Of a stretch of 42,186 bases of DNA, positions 19,506 to 31,428 are shown in pieces (the stretch's first letter is position 1; each line of letters starts with the position of its first letter). The translations under genes were made by a program, and so were the position numbers. The notes under the pieces were generated by a model. The model was not told the DNA's origin and searched no databases. It was given only the letters and a program-made list of their open reading frames with translations. Source of the stretch: an uncultured Candidatus Saccharibacteria bacterium (GTDB lineage: Bacteria > Patescibacteriota > Minisyncoccia > Phycocordibacterales > UBA9973); assembly GCA_964408305.1 (NCBI GenBank), contig CAYOYW010000005.1:1-42186 (forward strand). Direction: 5' to 3'.

Positions 19506-21476
19506 ATGACAACATCTCAACCTTGAGTAATGCCAGCAGTTCACAATCCAGCATCTAGCGTGGTAACACATCAACAACTTCCATTCAATGAATGAGATGC
19601 TCTAATGCAAATACAGAGCGAGTTCATGCAGTCGTATGCTTTCATGAGTCCAAAGCAAATCGATTGGCTAGAATACTTGAGAGCATACCATGACGGTAGA
19701 ATGCAAAAAGAAAAAGTGAAAATCAATCTTGCGTTTTCTAATATCAATGGATTGCAAGCTCTTGAAGCTATGGACCAACTACGTATCAAATACGTAGGAC
19801 AAAGCTACGAAGATTTTCCTAAGTGTGACAACTGGAATAAGCTAGCCAAGAACGCATATCAAAAAATGGGTATGACTCTGATTGATATCGAATGAGGTAC
19901 AAACAAGTACATGTACTGAGTGAAAGTAAAGCTCCTAGATATTGATGAGGACGGAGAAAGCATATCAGAGATTTTTGATACAAGACTCTTTTTCCCTGAT
20001 CCAAGTGGATGCTACCATGCTGAAAGATACAGATGGATGTGATTCAGAAAGTTCATGACAAAGGAGGATATGAAAGCTATGTGATTTGCTAACATAGGAC
20101 AATTCAGCAGATTGAAAGGTAATGATCTCCTTGAATGGAATCCATATCTTTGATTCGGACAATCACTTGAAATGGGAACAAACCTCCAGATGAACTTGTA
20201 CGCAGTGTATATGCACATGACAATCATTGGATGACACAAGTATATTATCTACACAAACGATGCGATGAACTGCATCGCTAAAGTTGTTAGATGTACTGAT
20301 CTCATACCGGCGTTGAAGAAAAGAACACTGGGAATCAAGTGAGAATTATGGCCAGTTGAACTAGACTTCTGGAGACCACAATATGGAAATCCAGTAGGTA
20401 TTTCAGTTATGGATCTAGTGTATGATAAACAGATAGCATTGTCTCAGGCAGTTAATCTACAAATGAAACGTGCAATCAGAATATCACTATGAGGACATAA
20501 GTTTTACGATATCAATATGATCAGAAACAGAAACGACATAGCAAAGATGGGAGTTGATCCAACTATTGTCGGAATAAATCTCAAGCAGTGACAAAGTCTA
20601 TCAAATGCAGTATACGAGCAACCAATCGCTGCACAAATGCCACCAGATAATTTCAACCTCCAAGATACGCTCCAATACCATACAAGACTATGAACTGGTA
20701 TGGATGCAAACCAACTAGGAGTTATGAACCAATGAGATCAAACTGCAACAGAGGTAAATAATCAGCAAGCAAATAGTAATGTGATACAATGATTCGGTAC
20801 AGTGCTTAACATTGAATCGGAAAAACTATTCCGGCTGAAGTGGTATCTCATGATGAAAAAGTCTCTCAAGTGAGTGCATAAAATAACAGTACTAAATACA
20901 CTCGGTGAAAAAGCCCTTGAATTCGGAAAGGATGACCTTATGATGGGCGAGATTGATGACGTTGTTATCAAGAGTGCATTAGACGAAATAGCCAAAGGTC
21001 AAAAGATGCTTAATGATATGCAACTAATGATACCTTTCGTATGATCTCTATGAGAATACTCTCAAAGAAAATACTATAGAGATATATGTGAACTCATTAC
21101 ATGAGACAAAGACAAAGCACTTGAATACGTCTATTATTCATCGGATGAGCTACAAGCTATGATCGATGTAAAACTCCTAAACAATGGAGAAAAACTTGGA
21201 CCAGTGACTGACATTATGACTGAAGACCATATTGCATACATAATGCGATACCAGCAAGCGAAGGATTCAGCATACAAAACACTTGCTATTCAGAACAGAA
21301 TGGAAGCTCTCAAAGAAAAAGAGAAAGCAATGAAACAACAACAAATAAATCAAGCACAAAATCCATGAGGACAAATGGCTTGATTACAAAGCCAGATGGC
21401 AGGTGCAATGGTCAACAAAGCTACTCAACAATGACAAGTAGCAGGTCAACCTACTGCAGCACCACAGGCAGCTTAG
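19506..21476 (+). CDS. Portal protein, 656 aa
   Basis: Called on size and its position directly after terL. The frame was verified line by line. TAG at 21474. Confidence 0.75.
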
Positions 21477-21501
21477 TTTTACAATCTTACTAACATATCA
21501 C

Positions 21502-22143
21502 ATGTCAACGTCTTGAAAAATCGTAGAAACACCATTCTTGAATAAGATGCAAGAGGAAACAGGTATCAACATGCTAGCTACCACAATCGAAGAACTAGGA
21601 GACAAGTTTCCAGTGAACTTCGCAGCTATGTCAAAGAAATCATTGCAACTAGCTATTGATGAACTAGAAAAAACATACCTAGAAAACATCCTTGCTATTA
21701 TCGGATCTCCTTTCAACCAATCATATCTTGCAAAAACAAGTGCTAATGCGGCAAAGGAAGTACAATCATTGAAACAACACAATGAGGTTATGCAAGAAGA
21801 AATTGAGCAAAAGAATAAAAAAACAGTTGAATTTGATGAAGCTATCAAAACTAAAAAAGCAGCTGAGAAAGCAGAAAGCAATGTATCAGTGAAAGACGTT
21901 CTCAAAAAAGAAATCCATGTACTTATGAAAGAGAAATCAAATCATATTACTGAGATTGAAAAGATTGAGGAACTTATCAAAGCTAATGAAGCTATCATTG
22001 AAAAACATCTTACTCAAATTGATGCTGATGCAACACAGTTGCAAGCTAATCTAGTTAATATAGATAATGGTCTTGAGTTCATGCCTTGGTATGAGAAAAA
22101 GATTTTAATCTTAAAAAAGTATCGTGATGCAGCAACAGACTAG
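21502..22143 (+). CDS. Coiled-coil protein, 213 aa
   Basis: Extends the track ORF 21538..22143 to the ATG at 21502. Only one in-frame TGA. Rich in E/K heptads. Confidence 0.65.
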
Positions 22144-22180
22144 TTTTTATCAAAAGAGAGCAGGTGAAACATGAAGCCCC

Positions 22181-22990
22181 ATGGATTCAGGTCCGAAGAA
22201 AATCACTGATGTGAACTTCGGACTGAACTTCTGAAGGTTATGAATGTACGGTGTCGCTCCTTTGAAAAAAGCAGGATGAATGCAAACTATTTGAATGTAC
22301 ACTCCGATAGATTTTATCATGGAGAAGTACTGAATCCTAAAAGACTCATACGATTGAAAAACTGAGAACCAGCAACGCAATAGTATGAAGTCTTATCTAG
22401 GAAAAGGTATCAAAGATCCTATTGAGATCCAAGCCATAGATGAATACTTTGCATATTTTTTGTGAGTATCAGAGCCAGGCGATTTCACTGCATATCTACA
22501 AGAGAAGGATTATGAACCAGTCGTTGCACAATCTGAGCAAGACAAACAACTTGCTATGCAAATGAAAACAGATGAAGAACAACGTGCAAAAGACAGGGAA
22601 GCTATCCAAAATACTGACATGACTTGAGTAGTTGCTGCAATGCAGGAACAAAACCAACTACTACGAGCATTGATCAAAGCTAACGGTCTTTTACCTTCTG
22701 TACCAGCTAATGTCGCTCCAGTCGAACAAGCCCAAGAGGCAAAGCAAGAAGTCATTGAAGCTCAATGAAGCTCAGAAGCCATCATTTGAGAAAGCATTCA
22801 GTGAACCATGATTGCAACCGATTGAAAAACAATCGAAGAAGAAATCCCCAAAGCAGCTCCAGTCGAACTCGTCATCCCTGACAAAGTCCTTGCCACTGAC
22901 AAGATCCAAGAAGACGCAACAGACGACTTCGAAGACTCGCTCATTGACGAAGACGAAAGGAAAGCAGCAGAAGAGAGTGACGACATCTAA
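22181..22990 (+). CDS. Hypothetical head-module protein with an acidic C-terminus, 269 aa
   Basis: The only long open code-25 frame here: MDSGPKKITDVNFGLNFGRLGMYGVAPL...DEDERKAAEESDDI. TAA at 22988. Confidence 0.65.
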
Positions 22991-23021
22991 TTGATTACCA
23001 GTTGAATCAGTATGGAGGAAA

Positions 23022-23399
23022 ATGGAAGACTACAATCAAAAGGTAGCAGCTGCAAACGTAAGTGATGAGGATGAGGAAATCGTACAAGACCTTGAAGACA
23101 TCATTATCAGAACTGATGAGGACAAGGCAATGTTCGAAACATATCTCAAGACATTACGTGCAAGTCCATGATGGAGAATGCTGATGTGATCTATCAAAAA
23201 AAGAATGAAAACACTAGACGATAACATTCACACAGATTTCTCTTGAAATCGCAAAACATTATCGTATAGCATAGATGAATTAGAAAAGGTCGAGTACAAT
23301 ATGTGGAAGGCAGTCCTTGAAATGCCAGACGACTTATTGGCTCAGATCGAAGTGATTGTCCAGAAGGTGCAATCGCAATCATTAACATATAAGGAATAA
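23022..23399 (+). CDS. Hypothetical protein, 125 aa
   Basis: ATG at 23022 to TAA at 23397. Confidence 0.55.
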
Positions 23400-23402
23400 A
23401 CT

Positions 23403-23446
23403 CTGGGGGAGTTTCTGTAAGTATTACAGAGAAGATCGCCCCCCAG
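23403..23446 (+). other. Long hairpin closed by CTGGGGG/CCCCCAG
   Basis: ctggggg...tctgta-agtat-tacaga...cccccag. Confidence 0.5.
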
Positions 23447-23462
23447 CTGTCTTCTCTCTACT

Positions 23463-23493
23463 ACTTATGGACACTCTCCATAAGTTTTTTTTT
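23463..23493 (+). terminator. Rho-independent terminator
   Basis: cttatgga-cactc-tccataag followed by a T9 run. Confidence 0.85.
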
Positions 23494-23527
23494 ACTTGCA
23501 GACAAGCTGCGTAATAATCTTTGTACT

Positions 23528-24325
23528 ATGCCAATACTAACTCCAGAACAGGAGAAAGCTCTTGAAGAGCAAATCCTAACATGAAAACCTGATCTAGTAG
23601 CACTAGAAAAGGGAACTACTCCTACCACTCAACAGGGTGATGAAGGAACTCCAGCTGCGAAACCAGCTGAACCAGTAACTCCTCCAGCGAAAGAGCCAGA
23701 GCCAAAGACTGAGGAAGTCAAGACTCCTGAAGCTACTAAAACTGAAGAGTGAAAACCTGATGAACCAGGGAATAAGAAAGAGACGGATTGGAAAACTAAG
23801 TACCACCGTGATATTACTATCAAAAATCAACAGCACAAAAAGGAAATCGAAGATGCCGTTCAAGCTGCACTCAAAGCAGCATGAGTTCAACCAAAGGATG
23901 TTAATCTCGAAGATTTCGATGAGGAACAAATCTGAATGGTAGAAAAAGTAGCATCGCAAGTAGTTGAAAAAGCAGGAGCGAAAACTCCAGCGTATGAACT
24001 TACTGATGATGACCTCAAAGAGCTTGATGCCTTCCTAGAGAAAAATCCACAAGCTGGAGATTCTGAAGAGAAGATAGATAAACTTATTCAGTTCAAAAAA
24101 GCACTACCCATTGCATCATTCTCAAAACTATATAAGAACCGACTTCAACCAGATGATCCAGAAACGCCTCAACAACCAGCAAGGACAGTGACAGCATGAC
24201 AAAGCATGGCAGGCACTGAACCAGAAAAAAAAGACGGCTGAGATAAGGGGGGCGACAGAAAGGAATACACTGACGAAGAGGTGAAGGCAAGTTTCATTAG
24301 AATGTCATGAATGGGGCAGGTGTAA
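23528..24325 (+). CDS. Putative scaffolding protein, 265 aa
   Basis: Lies immediately upstream of the capsid gene. It has a P/E/K/T-rich low-complexity segment and helical acidic regions. The track ORF 23936..24199 is in the same frame. Confidence 0.6.
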
Positions 24326-24355
24326 TATATTTACTTCTCTGTACTCAAACTACAC

Positions 24356-25315
24356 ATGACGTTTCCATTAAGTTCAATTAACATCAAAAATCCAAGTGCG
24401 GAACCATTTGTGTCATATATCAACAACAAGTTCTTGAAGCAATTCGAACCAAACTTGTTTTTTGCGAGATTCGCAGAACCACCAGTGGCACAAGAAGGTT
24501 ACAAATCAGTAACCTGGGTAAAAGCACAAAGATCTGAAGTAACTCCAGATCAAGCCAAGATGACTCCAGGTATCACACCTCCAGACTCTGGGCAAAAGTT
24601 AGATACCATTGAAGCTACGGCTAAACAATATGGTATGTATACAATTATCACTGACGAACTTGAATTGATTGCAAAGAACTTGCCATTGATGTCTCAAGTT
24701 GCTGAATTGATATCAAACAATATGGCACGTATCGTAGATCGTATCGTACAAGACGAAGTTCTTGATAATGCGGTTTATAGATTATATGCTGCAACTACTT
24801 CTGGATGAGTTCGTGCTGCCAACAGAGCTGCATTGACTGCTAACCACAAGTTATTTGCATTAGACTTTGTAAGAGCTAATACTCTTCTTCAAGAAAAGTA
24901 TGTTCCTTACAGAGAAGGTAACAGTTATATCGCTATTGTTCACCCAAGAGTGACTGATGGTCTTAAAACTGAAACTACTGTAGGTGCCTTCATTGACGTA
25001 CGTAAGTACTCTCAACCTGAAGATATTATCAGAGGTGAAATCGGTAAGCTCAATAACATCAGAATCGTAGAAAGTCCATTCGTTAAAGTTGTATCTAACG
25101 GTTCAATTAACGTATACCAAACTGCAGTATTCGGTTATCAAGCATACGGTATGGCTCAACTGGATAATATGAAATCTATCGTGAAACCATTCGGTTCAGG
25201 TGGAACAGAAGATCCATTGAATCAAAGAATGACTATCGGTGCTAAAACATTCTTCGCTGCTAAGATCCTTCAACAAGAAGCTATCCTAGTAATGGAATCT
25301 GCTGGTGCATTTTAG
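24356..25315 (+). CDS. Major capsid protein (HK97-fold type inferred), 319 aa
   Basis: Two track ORFs (24356..24808 and 24833..25315) are in one frame, joined through a single TGA at 24806. Sequence includes ...TEDPLNQRMTIGAKTFFAAKILQQEAILVMES. Position follows the scaffold gene. Confidence 0.85.
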
Positions 25316-25321
25316 TCAATA

Positions 25322-25347
25322 GGAGGTGGGGAGTAATCCCCATCTCC
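25322..25347 (+). terminator. Strong 11-bp hairpin with a GTAA (GNRA) loop just after the capsid gene (attenuator or mRNA stabiliser)
   Basis: ggaggtgggga-gtaa-tccccatctcc. No T-run follows. Confidence 0.5.
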
Positions 25348-25381
25348 ATTACACTTATTTACATCTCAACCCAACTCAACT

Positions 25382-25948
25382 ATGCTATTTCAATTCGAGG
25401 AAAGTACTCCTCTATCAGCCGTGACAATCACGAGTTCAGCATCTCCTGATGTTGTTATTCCTGCTGCGGTAACTTACAAATCAAGATGAATAGTTAATGT
25501 GGGAACTGGTATCACAACAGCATTCGCTCTTGTACCAGCATTCGCTGCATCAACTGCATACTTAAGAGGTCAATTCGTACAAAGTGGATGAATAATCTAC
25601 TCTGCTAAAGTTGATTTCACTTCAGGTGCTTCATTCTCAGCTTCAGATTGGAACGCATTCGGATCAAATGTAGTAGGTACAACTCAATATAGATGGATTG
25701 CTATCTATGTGAGAAAAAACTCTGCAGGTGCATTCGTAGCATTCTCTGAAGTAGGACCATTGACTGACTTTACAGCTGATGGTATCCAATATGCAAATGG
25801 GCCGTTTGATTCTCTTGTAGATCCAAACGCATGTCTAATATGAAGAGTTCTTGTATATGGAACAGGTGGTGCCGTAACAATCGGTACAACTAACCTTTCA
25901 GCTACAAACTCAGTAATAGTGGTAAATCCATCTGCAATCGGTGGGTAA
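25382..25948 (+). CDS. Putative capsid decoration or head fibre protein (by position only), 188 aa
   Basis: ATG at 25382 to TAA at 25946. Rich in Ala/Ser/Thr/Gly, beta-type sequence. Confidence 0.6.
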
Positions 25949-25955
25949 TCATACA

Positions 25956-25992
25956 CTGGGCGGAGTTTTCTCAAGGCGTTGACTCCGCCCAG
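25956..25992 (+). terminator. GC-rich 11-bp hairpin
   Basis: ctgggcggagt-(15 nt)-actccgcccag. No T-run follows. Confidence 0.45.
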
Positions 25993-26021
25993 ACATCATT
26001 ATCTGCTAACCTACATTTCCC

Positions 26022-26858
26022 ATGAACTGACAAGCTATCATTGATATGGCACTAGAAACAACAGGAACTAAAATAGCGGATCTCGGATGATATCCGTCTT
26101 TTTCTAAGTTTTTGGATGTCGTACATAAAATGTACTATGAGTGAATCAAAGAAATCAATGAGGACTTCCTAGATGATAGGATTTTTGTTGATTTTGTTGC
26201 ATTCCAAAATGCCTATGATCTTGGATTGCCGACATCTGTATCAGGATGAATAGACAAAATCCTCAGAGTAGGGGTAAAATACCAACTAGAATCATATCCA
26301 GCATGGGATGCTACGGCAACGTATAATAAATATGATCGTGTGATATATAATAACGGTGCATATATGGCTAAAACCAGCATTTCACCTAACGCTATTTTCC
26401 AATCAGCTTCATTTGTACAACTATATGACTGATATGTCGATTCAAGAGAAACAACACGCTATGAAAAGGACACTGATAGTCTAAATACACAGTCAGTTAT
26501 GAATAGCTATGAGTTCCAAACTCCGGTAGCTCCAAGACATATACTACAAAACAACACATTATATGTATTTCCATGGCCACAAAATGATATTGCCAAAGGT
26601 TTGAAAATAGATTATGTAAAATGACCAGCTGATATAGATTACAACACCGCTGAAGCTGACATACCAGTACCTAGACAATACCATTGGTATCTAGCAATGA
26701 CACTCAGAAGATTTGTATTTATGAAAGAGATGCGTGCTGAAGAAATAAATGCGAAAGTATACTCGGATGAGTTTTTCAACAAATGTATCAATGATATCAG
26801 AATGAGAAATTACGGTACAATCACTGAAACGAAAGACGATTTATCATATTATAGATAA
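26022..26858 (+). CDS. Putative head-tail connector/adaptor (by position only), 278 aa
   Basis: ATG at 26022 to TAA at 26856. Confidence 0.6.
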
Positions 26859-26860
26859 TC

Positions 26861-28369
26861 ATGCCATCTACACAGCTACCAAAGGCGTGGGCTTGAGTAT
26901 ATAAATGAGAAGCTGACAATGATTTTATAGCTGCGGATTACTACTACTACGCCAGTGAGAACATTGATACGCTATCTAATCCAAAATACTACAAGTTATC
27001 AGCAAAGCCAGTAACGGTATACGACAAAACTGCGGATGCAAATTGGGACTGATCGCTCACAATTTTTTCTAAATATGCCAAGATTATCAATATATCAAAT
27101 AACAACTGATCATGAGATGCTTATGTGTACAATAATGGAGTATACGCAACATCTATTCATAACGTAGCGACAATATACAAAGCCATTGAGTTCCAAAATA
27201 AGATTTTTTTCGCATATCTCAGAAGTGGATATGAGTTTGCAGTGCCATATACAATCCACTATGGATATATGGAAATAGATAGTACAACATGAAACATAAT
27301 GTCGGTATACAATCCAGTAGAATGGAGAGTTACTGATTTTTGAACGTATAATGTAGAGCTATATAATTTCAATGATGCTCTTCTAGTGTTTGCAGTATGA
27401 TATAAAATCCGAGCGGTACAGCGACCATTGCTAGTGAATCCAACTGGATGAATATATCCTTGTGATACAGTTACGCCAACGCTCTCATTGAGAAGACGTG
27501 ACAATGTAGTATGAATAGTACAGTATATGGAACAATTCAAGATATACACAACATACGGTGATAGAGATAATCCTCAAACATCATGTGCGTATATTTGTAA
27601 TCAAGCCGACATAGAGGCTGGTACTTTCACTCAAAAGATTGATTATCCATCAATAAACATCAAAGCGGTCATATCTAACTGATCTATTGATTATGCTATA
27701 TGTTCAGATGGTGATTATTTACTCAGTGGATGACAAAATCCAAAAAAAATATCATCAAAGCCATCATATACTGATTTCAGAAGAGCAAATACAACATTTT
27801 ATTGATCAAATTATGTCACTACAAACATAGATTGAGATTATAATGTAAGAGTGTATGGGAAAGAGGTAGCATGATTTCCAGACCAAATCACAAACTACGT
27901 TGAGTTCACAAATATCAAATCAATGACGTCTTGAAATGGTAAAATAATTGTCTCAGGGACATATAATTGAATCAAGTGAGTATTCTATGTACAATATGAT
28001 CCAACTGACGTGCTAGAGAAAGTGGATACATGAAGTCTTACATATATGAAGTTCTATTGAAATCTTGCAAGCACACTAAAAACTATGGATCAATTCACTC
28101 TTGGCCACAAGCTACCAGTGTGAACGTCAATAGCAATGCAAGTATCACTAGATGAAGGTCCATTCACAACCATCAAGACATTCTCATGAGCGGATTATGA
28201 ATGAAAGACAAGATCTTTTCTATTCGCTGATCAGATGGCGTTGACATCAAAAGAATGGTGATGGATGCAACTGAAAATAGTACTCACATCTAGTTCAGAT
28301 AATAGAGTATTGACTCCATGGATTATGGATATACTCATGCTTTATTCAGATATTATCAAATGACGTTAA
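26861..28369 (+). CDS. Putative tail structural protein, 502 aa
   Basis: ATG at 26861 to TAA at 28367, with about 40 in-frame TGA codons. No family recognised. Confidence 0.65.
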
Positions 28370-28611
28370 CAACTACAATAGATTGATTCAAGATACCGAA
28401 TCCACCTCAAGTAGAAATCAATCCAGTCTTCAAAGACGAGGATTGATTGAACGCTCCTAGAAAAGAAGGTAGATTCCAAATCAGAAACAATCTTGCATCG
28501 TATGGTAAACCAATCAATACAACAATCACTCCTACAAAATATATAGTGGTAGAGATAAATTGAAAAAGATATCAGGTTCCAGTAGTGCCTACAACCGAAA
28601 AGCTAACATAA
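28360..28611 (+). CDS. Hypothetical protein, 83 aa
   Basis: Overlaps the upstream gene by 10 nt. TAA at 28609. Confidence 0.45.
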
Positions 28612-28659
28612 TCATATTGCTTTTCGCAAAGTAAAATATACTACTACGAGTAATATCTT

Positions 28660-28667
28660 GCTGGGGG
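28660..28667 (+). promoter_or_regulatory. GCTGGGGG motif, 26 nt upstream of the ATG at 28694
   Basis: ttGCTGGGGGagcATTTAatc. Confidence 0.4.
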
Positions 28668-28693
28668 AGCATTTAATCATTTTAATCGAAACT

Positions 28694-31408
28694 ATGGCAA
28701 GAACCCCAGAACAAATCGCAGCGACAAAGGCAGTAGTAGAAAAAAGAAGAGCAGAAAATACTGCAAAAAATGCTTTGCCTACTACACAAGTTGTTCAATG
28801 ATGACCTCAGCAAACTGCAGAGGCAGTTCAAGCAGCACAGGCAAAACAAGCTAATGCACCAGTAGGATGAACTCCTCCAGCGGTGCCAACTCCATGAGCT
28901 ACGCCGGCAAATCCTACTCCACCAGCAAATCCAACACAAGCACCTAATCAGTCAGTTGCTTTGCCAAAAATAGGTGCTACTGCTAACATAAATCCTACAA
29001 CAGGAGCTATGACAAATGCAGATGGTACTCCATACGTTCCTGGTCCTAACAGTACAATGAACCCAAAGACTGAAGACCAATCAATGCTATTCGGAGATGC
29101 TGCAGTTGCCAAAAATCTTGAAGATCCAAAGTTCATACAAAATAGAGATGCAAGTATTATCAAAGAGCTAAGTGCCAAATGACAATACGGCGATATGAAT
29201 GATGCAGAACTCAAGAAAAACATTGAAGCTGACCTAGTGAGAAGAGGTGCTGATATCAAAGATCCTAGAATATCACAAACAATAGATAGAGTTGCTTCAG
29301 GGATAAGATGAGTACAACCTATGAGAACTGCGGATGATTACTACAATATCCTAGCACAAGGTTGAACTCTACCAAACCAAGACATATCAAACCCAAATGC
29401 ACAATATGCTATGTCTACTTTCAAAAAAGTGCAAAACATAGCTACAAAAACTCCTCAACAAATATCGTCTGATCTTGCATCAGGTAATTTGCTTATTTGA
29501 GGTAATCTATACAACAAACTAGTTGCTGCATGATACTGACCTAAATTGGAAGAGGCAAAGAAATACAAAAACCTTCAGTTTAGACAAGACGTAAACAACT
29601 ATCTTACATCAGGTACAGATGTTGATCCAGACAAACCGCTTGGAGAACAAAAAACATCATTTCCTGACCATCCTAATTTTGAGGAATCGCTTTCTCAAGA
29701 GTTTTCTACAAAATCTCCAAATTATGTAGATATGTTTAGAGAAAGTATAGCTAATAACCAAGAACTCAATGATGCTAAAACAGCTGCAAGATCTACATTG
29801 GATGCCATCAATGAAAAAAGAAGACTAATCAGTAATTTGTCAGCAGATATAAAAGCTCAAATAATCGCATTAGGAGGTACAATAAGTGACTGATACCTTG
29901 CTCTTTTGGCACAAAATAAATCAAAACCTATCGTGAGAGAATTGGAAGGATTACAAGATCAATATAATTCAGAAATGGCACTTGTTAGTGACCTAAAAGA
30001 TACAGCAAAGACTGAGTTCGAACTTAAGATGAAACAATACGGAGAAGATAGAGAAGTTGCATTGGAAAATATGAAATTCGAAAGAGATTACAAAAAACAA
30101 CTCAATATCATGGGGATCCAGGATCAATACGCTCAACAAGCAGAGGAAAGAGCGTTCGGAAGAGATCTGAAAAAGATGGATATCCAAGACCAATACAGTC
30201 AAGCTGCAGAAGAAAGACAATTCGGAAGACAAATCAAGCTCGGAGATATCCAATACGACAGAGATCTCAACAAGATACAAATTGGATTCGAACAAGATAT
30301 CAAGAAACTCCAAATGTCTCAAAACTTCGATCTTAACAAGATGGATAAACAAGCATATATCAACCAACAGCAAGCGAAGTATGAATATGATCTTAAAAAC
30401 CAAGCTACTATGAATAGTAACCTTGGTATGGTAGATGTTAGCCAAATAGAACAAGCAAGAGAAAAGTATGGATACGCTCCATGATGGGATAATCCACAAA
30501 TTGCAAAACTATGTCTACCAGACGGTTCAAACGCTGGTCAATGTGCTAAATATGTGAATGATCTCTATGCTGCAGCATGAGCTGGAAGGCCATTCGGTTG
30601 AGCAGATCAAACAATCAAGGGGAAAATCGCAGTTACACAATCTGATAAACGAGGATCTACAAAGCCAGTTATCGGATGATCAGTTGTGTCTGATTTTGGA
30701 TTACAAGATCCTGATACAAAACAAAATTATGGTCACGTTGAGCAAATCATTGCTATCAAACCAGATGGTACATTGGTAGTATCAGGTTCTAACTTTACAA
30801 ACGACAAAAACAGTCCTAAATATAACAAAGCATATACAAGAGAAATCTTGCCATGAGATCCAACAGTGAAATGATATACAAAAGCTCCATGAGCTGAAAC
30901 ATGAATCCAACATGCTCAGTTGACTGATAAAAACTTCACTCAATTCAACCAAGCTACTCAAAACTTTAGAAACAATCCAGTTGTTCAAAGCTATGAAAAA
31001 GCTATTACATCAAGTAGAAATCTCCTTTCATCATTGAATGATGCAAGTGGACCTGGTGATGTAGCAGGTATATTTGACTTCATGAAAACATTGGATCCTA
31101 CGTCTACAGTTAGAGAAGGTGAGTTCGCTCTTGCAGCAAAAAGTGCATGATTGAAATGAGATATCCAAAACCTTTACAATAGAGTTGTAAATGGTCAAAG
31201 ACTTACAGCTGATCAAAGAAGAGAGTTCTGACAACTTGCAAAAACGTATATTAGAAACCAAGGTAAGTCATACGATAGAGTCTATGATGATATGGTAAGA
31301 GCTTATGAGGCAGGATGAATTGATAAATACTACTTGCCTACAAGTGCATCAAAAGAACTAGATGATATATGGGGAGATACAGACCTCAAAGATCCATACG
31401 AAGAATAA
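28694..31408 (+). CDS. Large virion-associated protein with a CHAP peptidoglycan-hydrolase domain, 904 aa
   Basis: Five track ORFs lie in one frame, verified line by line. CHAP signature LPDGSNAGQCAKYVNDLY (Cys at 30542), ...NYGHVEQIIAI (His at 30734), ...VSGSN. Tandem IQDQY-AEER-FGR repeats near 30115-30260. Confidence 0.85.
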
Positions 31409-31428
31409 TTTATCTATTTCAGGACAAG

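Noticed and set aside
22171-22383. A 70-aa ORF starting at the ATG at 22171
   Set aside because: It overlaps, in another frame, a 269-aa open frame (22181..22990) that has a far more protein-like sequence.
23012-23224. An ORF from the ATG at 23012 giving KGGGGGNRTRPGRHHYQNGGGQG
   Set aside because: The sequence is implausible. The frame starting at 23022 gives a normal 125-aa protein ending at 23399.
23496-23527. TTGCAG at 23496 as a fifth copy of the promoter
   Set aside because: No TAT-type hexamer lies at the 16-17 nt spacing. Only a TACTAT at about 21 nt is present, so it was not counted.
31369-31428. An upstream ATG at 31369 as the start of the giant ORF
   Set aside because: It would overlap the previous gene by 40 nt and add a basic out-of-context peptide. 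The ATG at 31429 follows the upstream TAA by 20 nt. This remains unresolved without experimental data.
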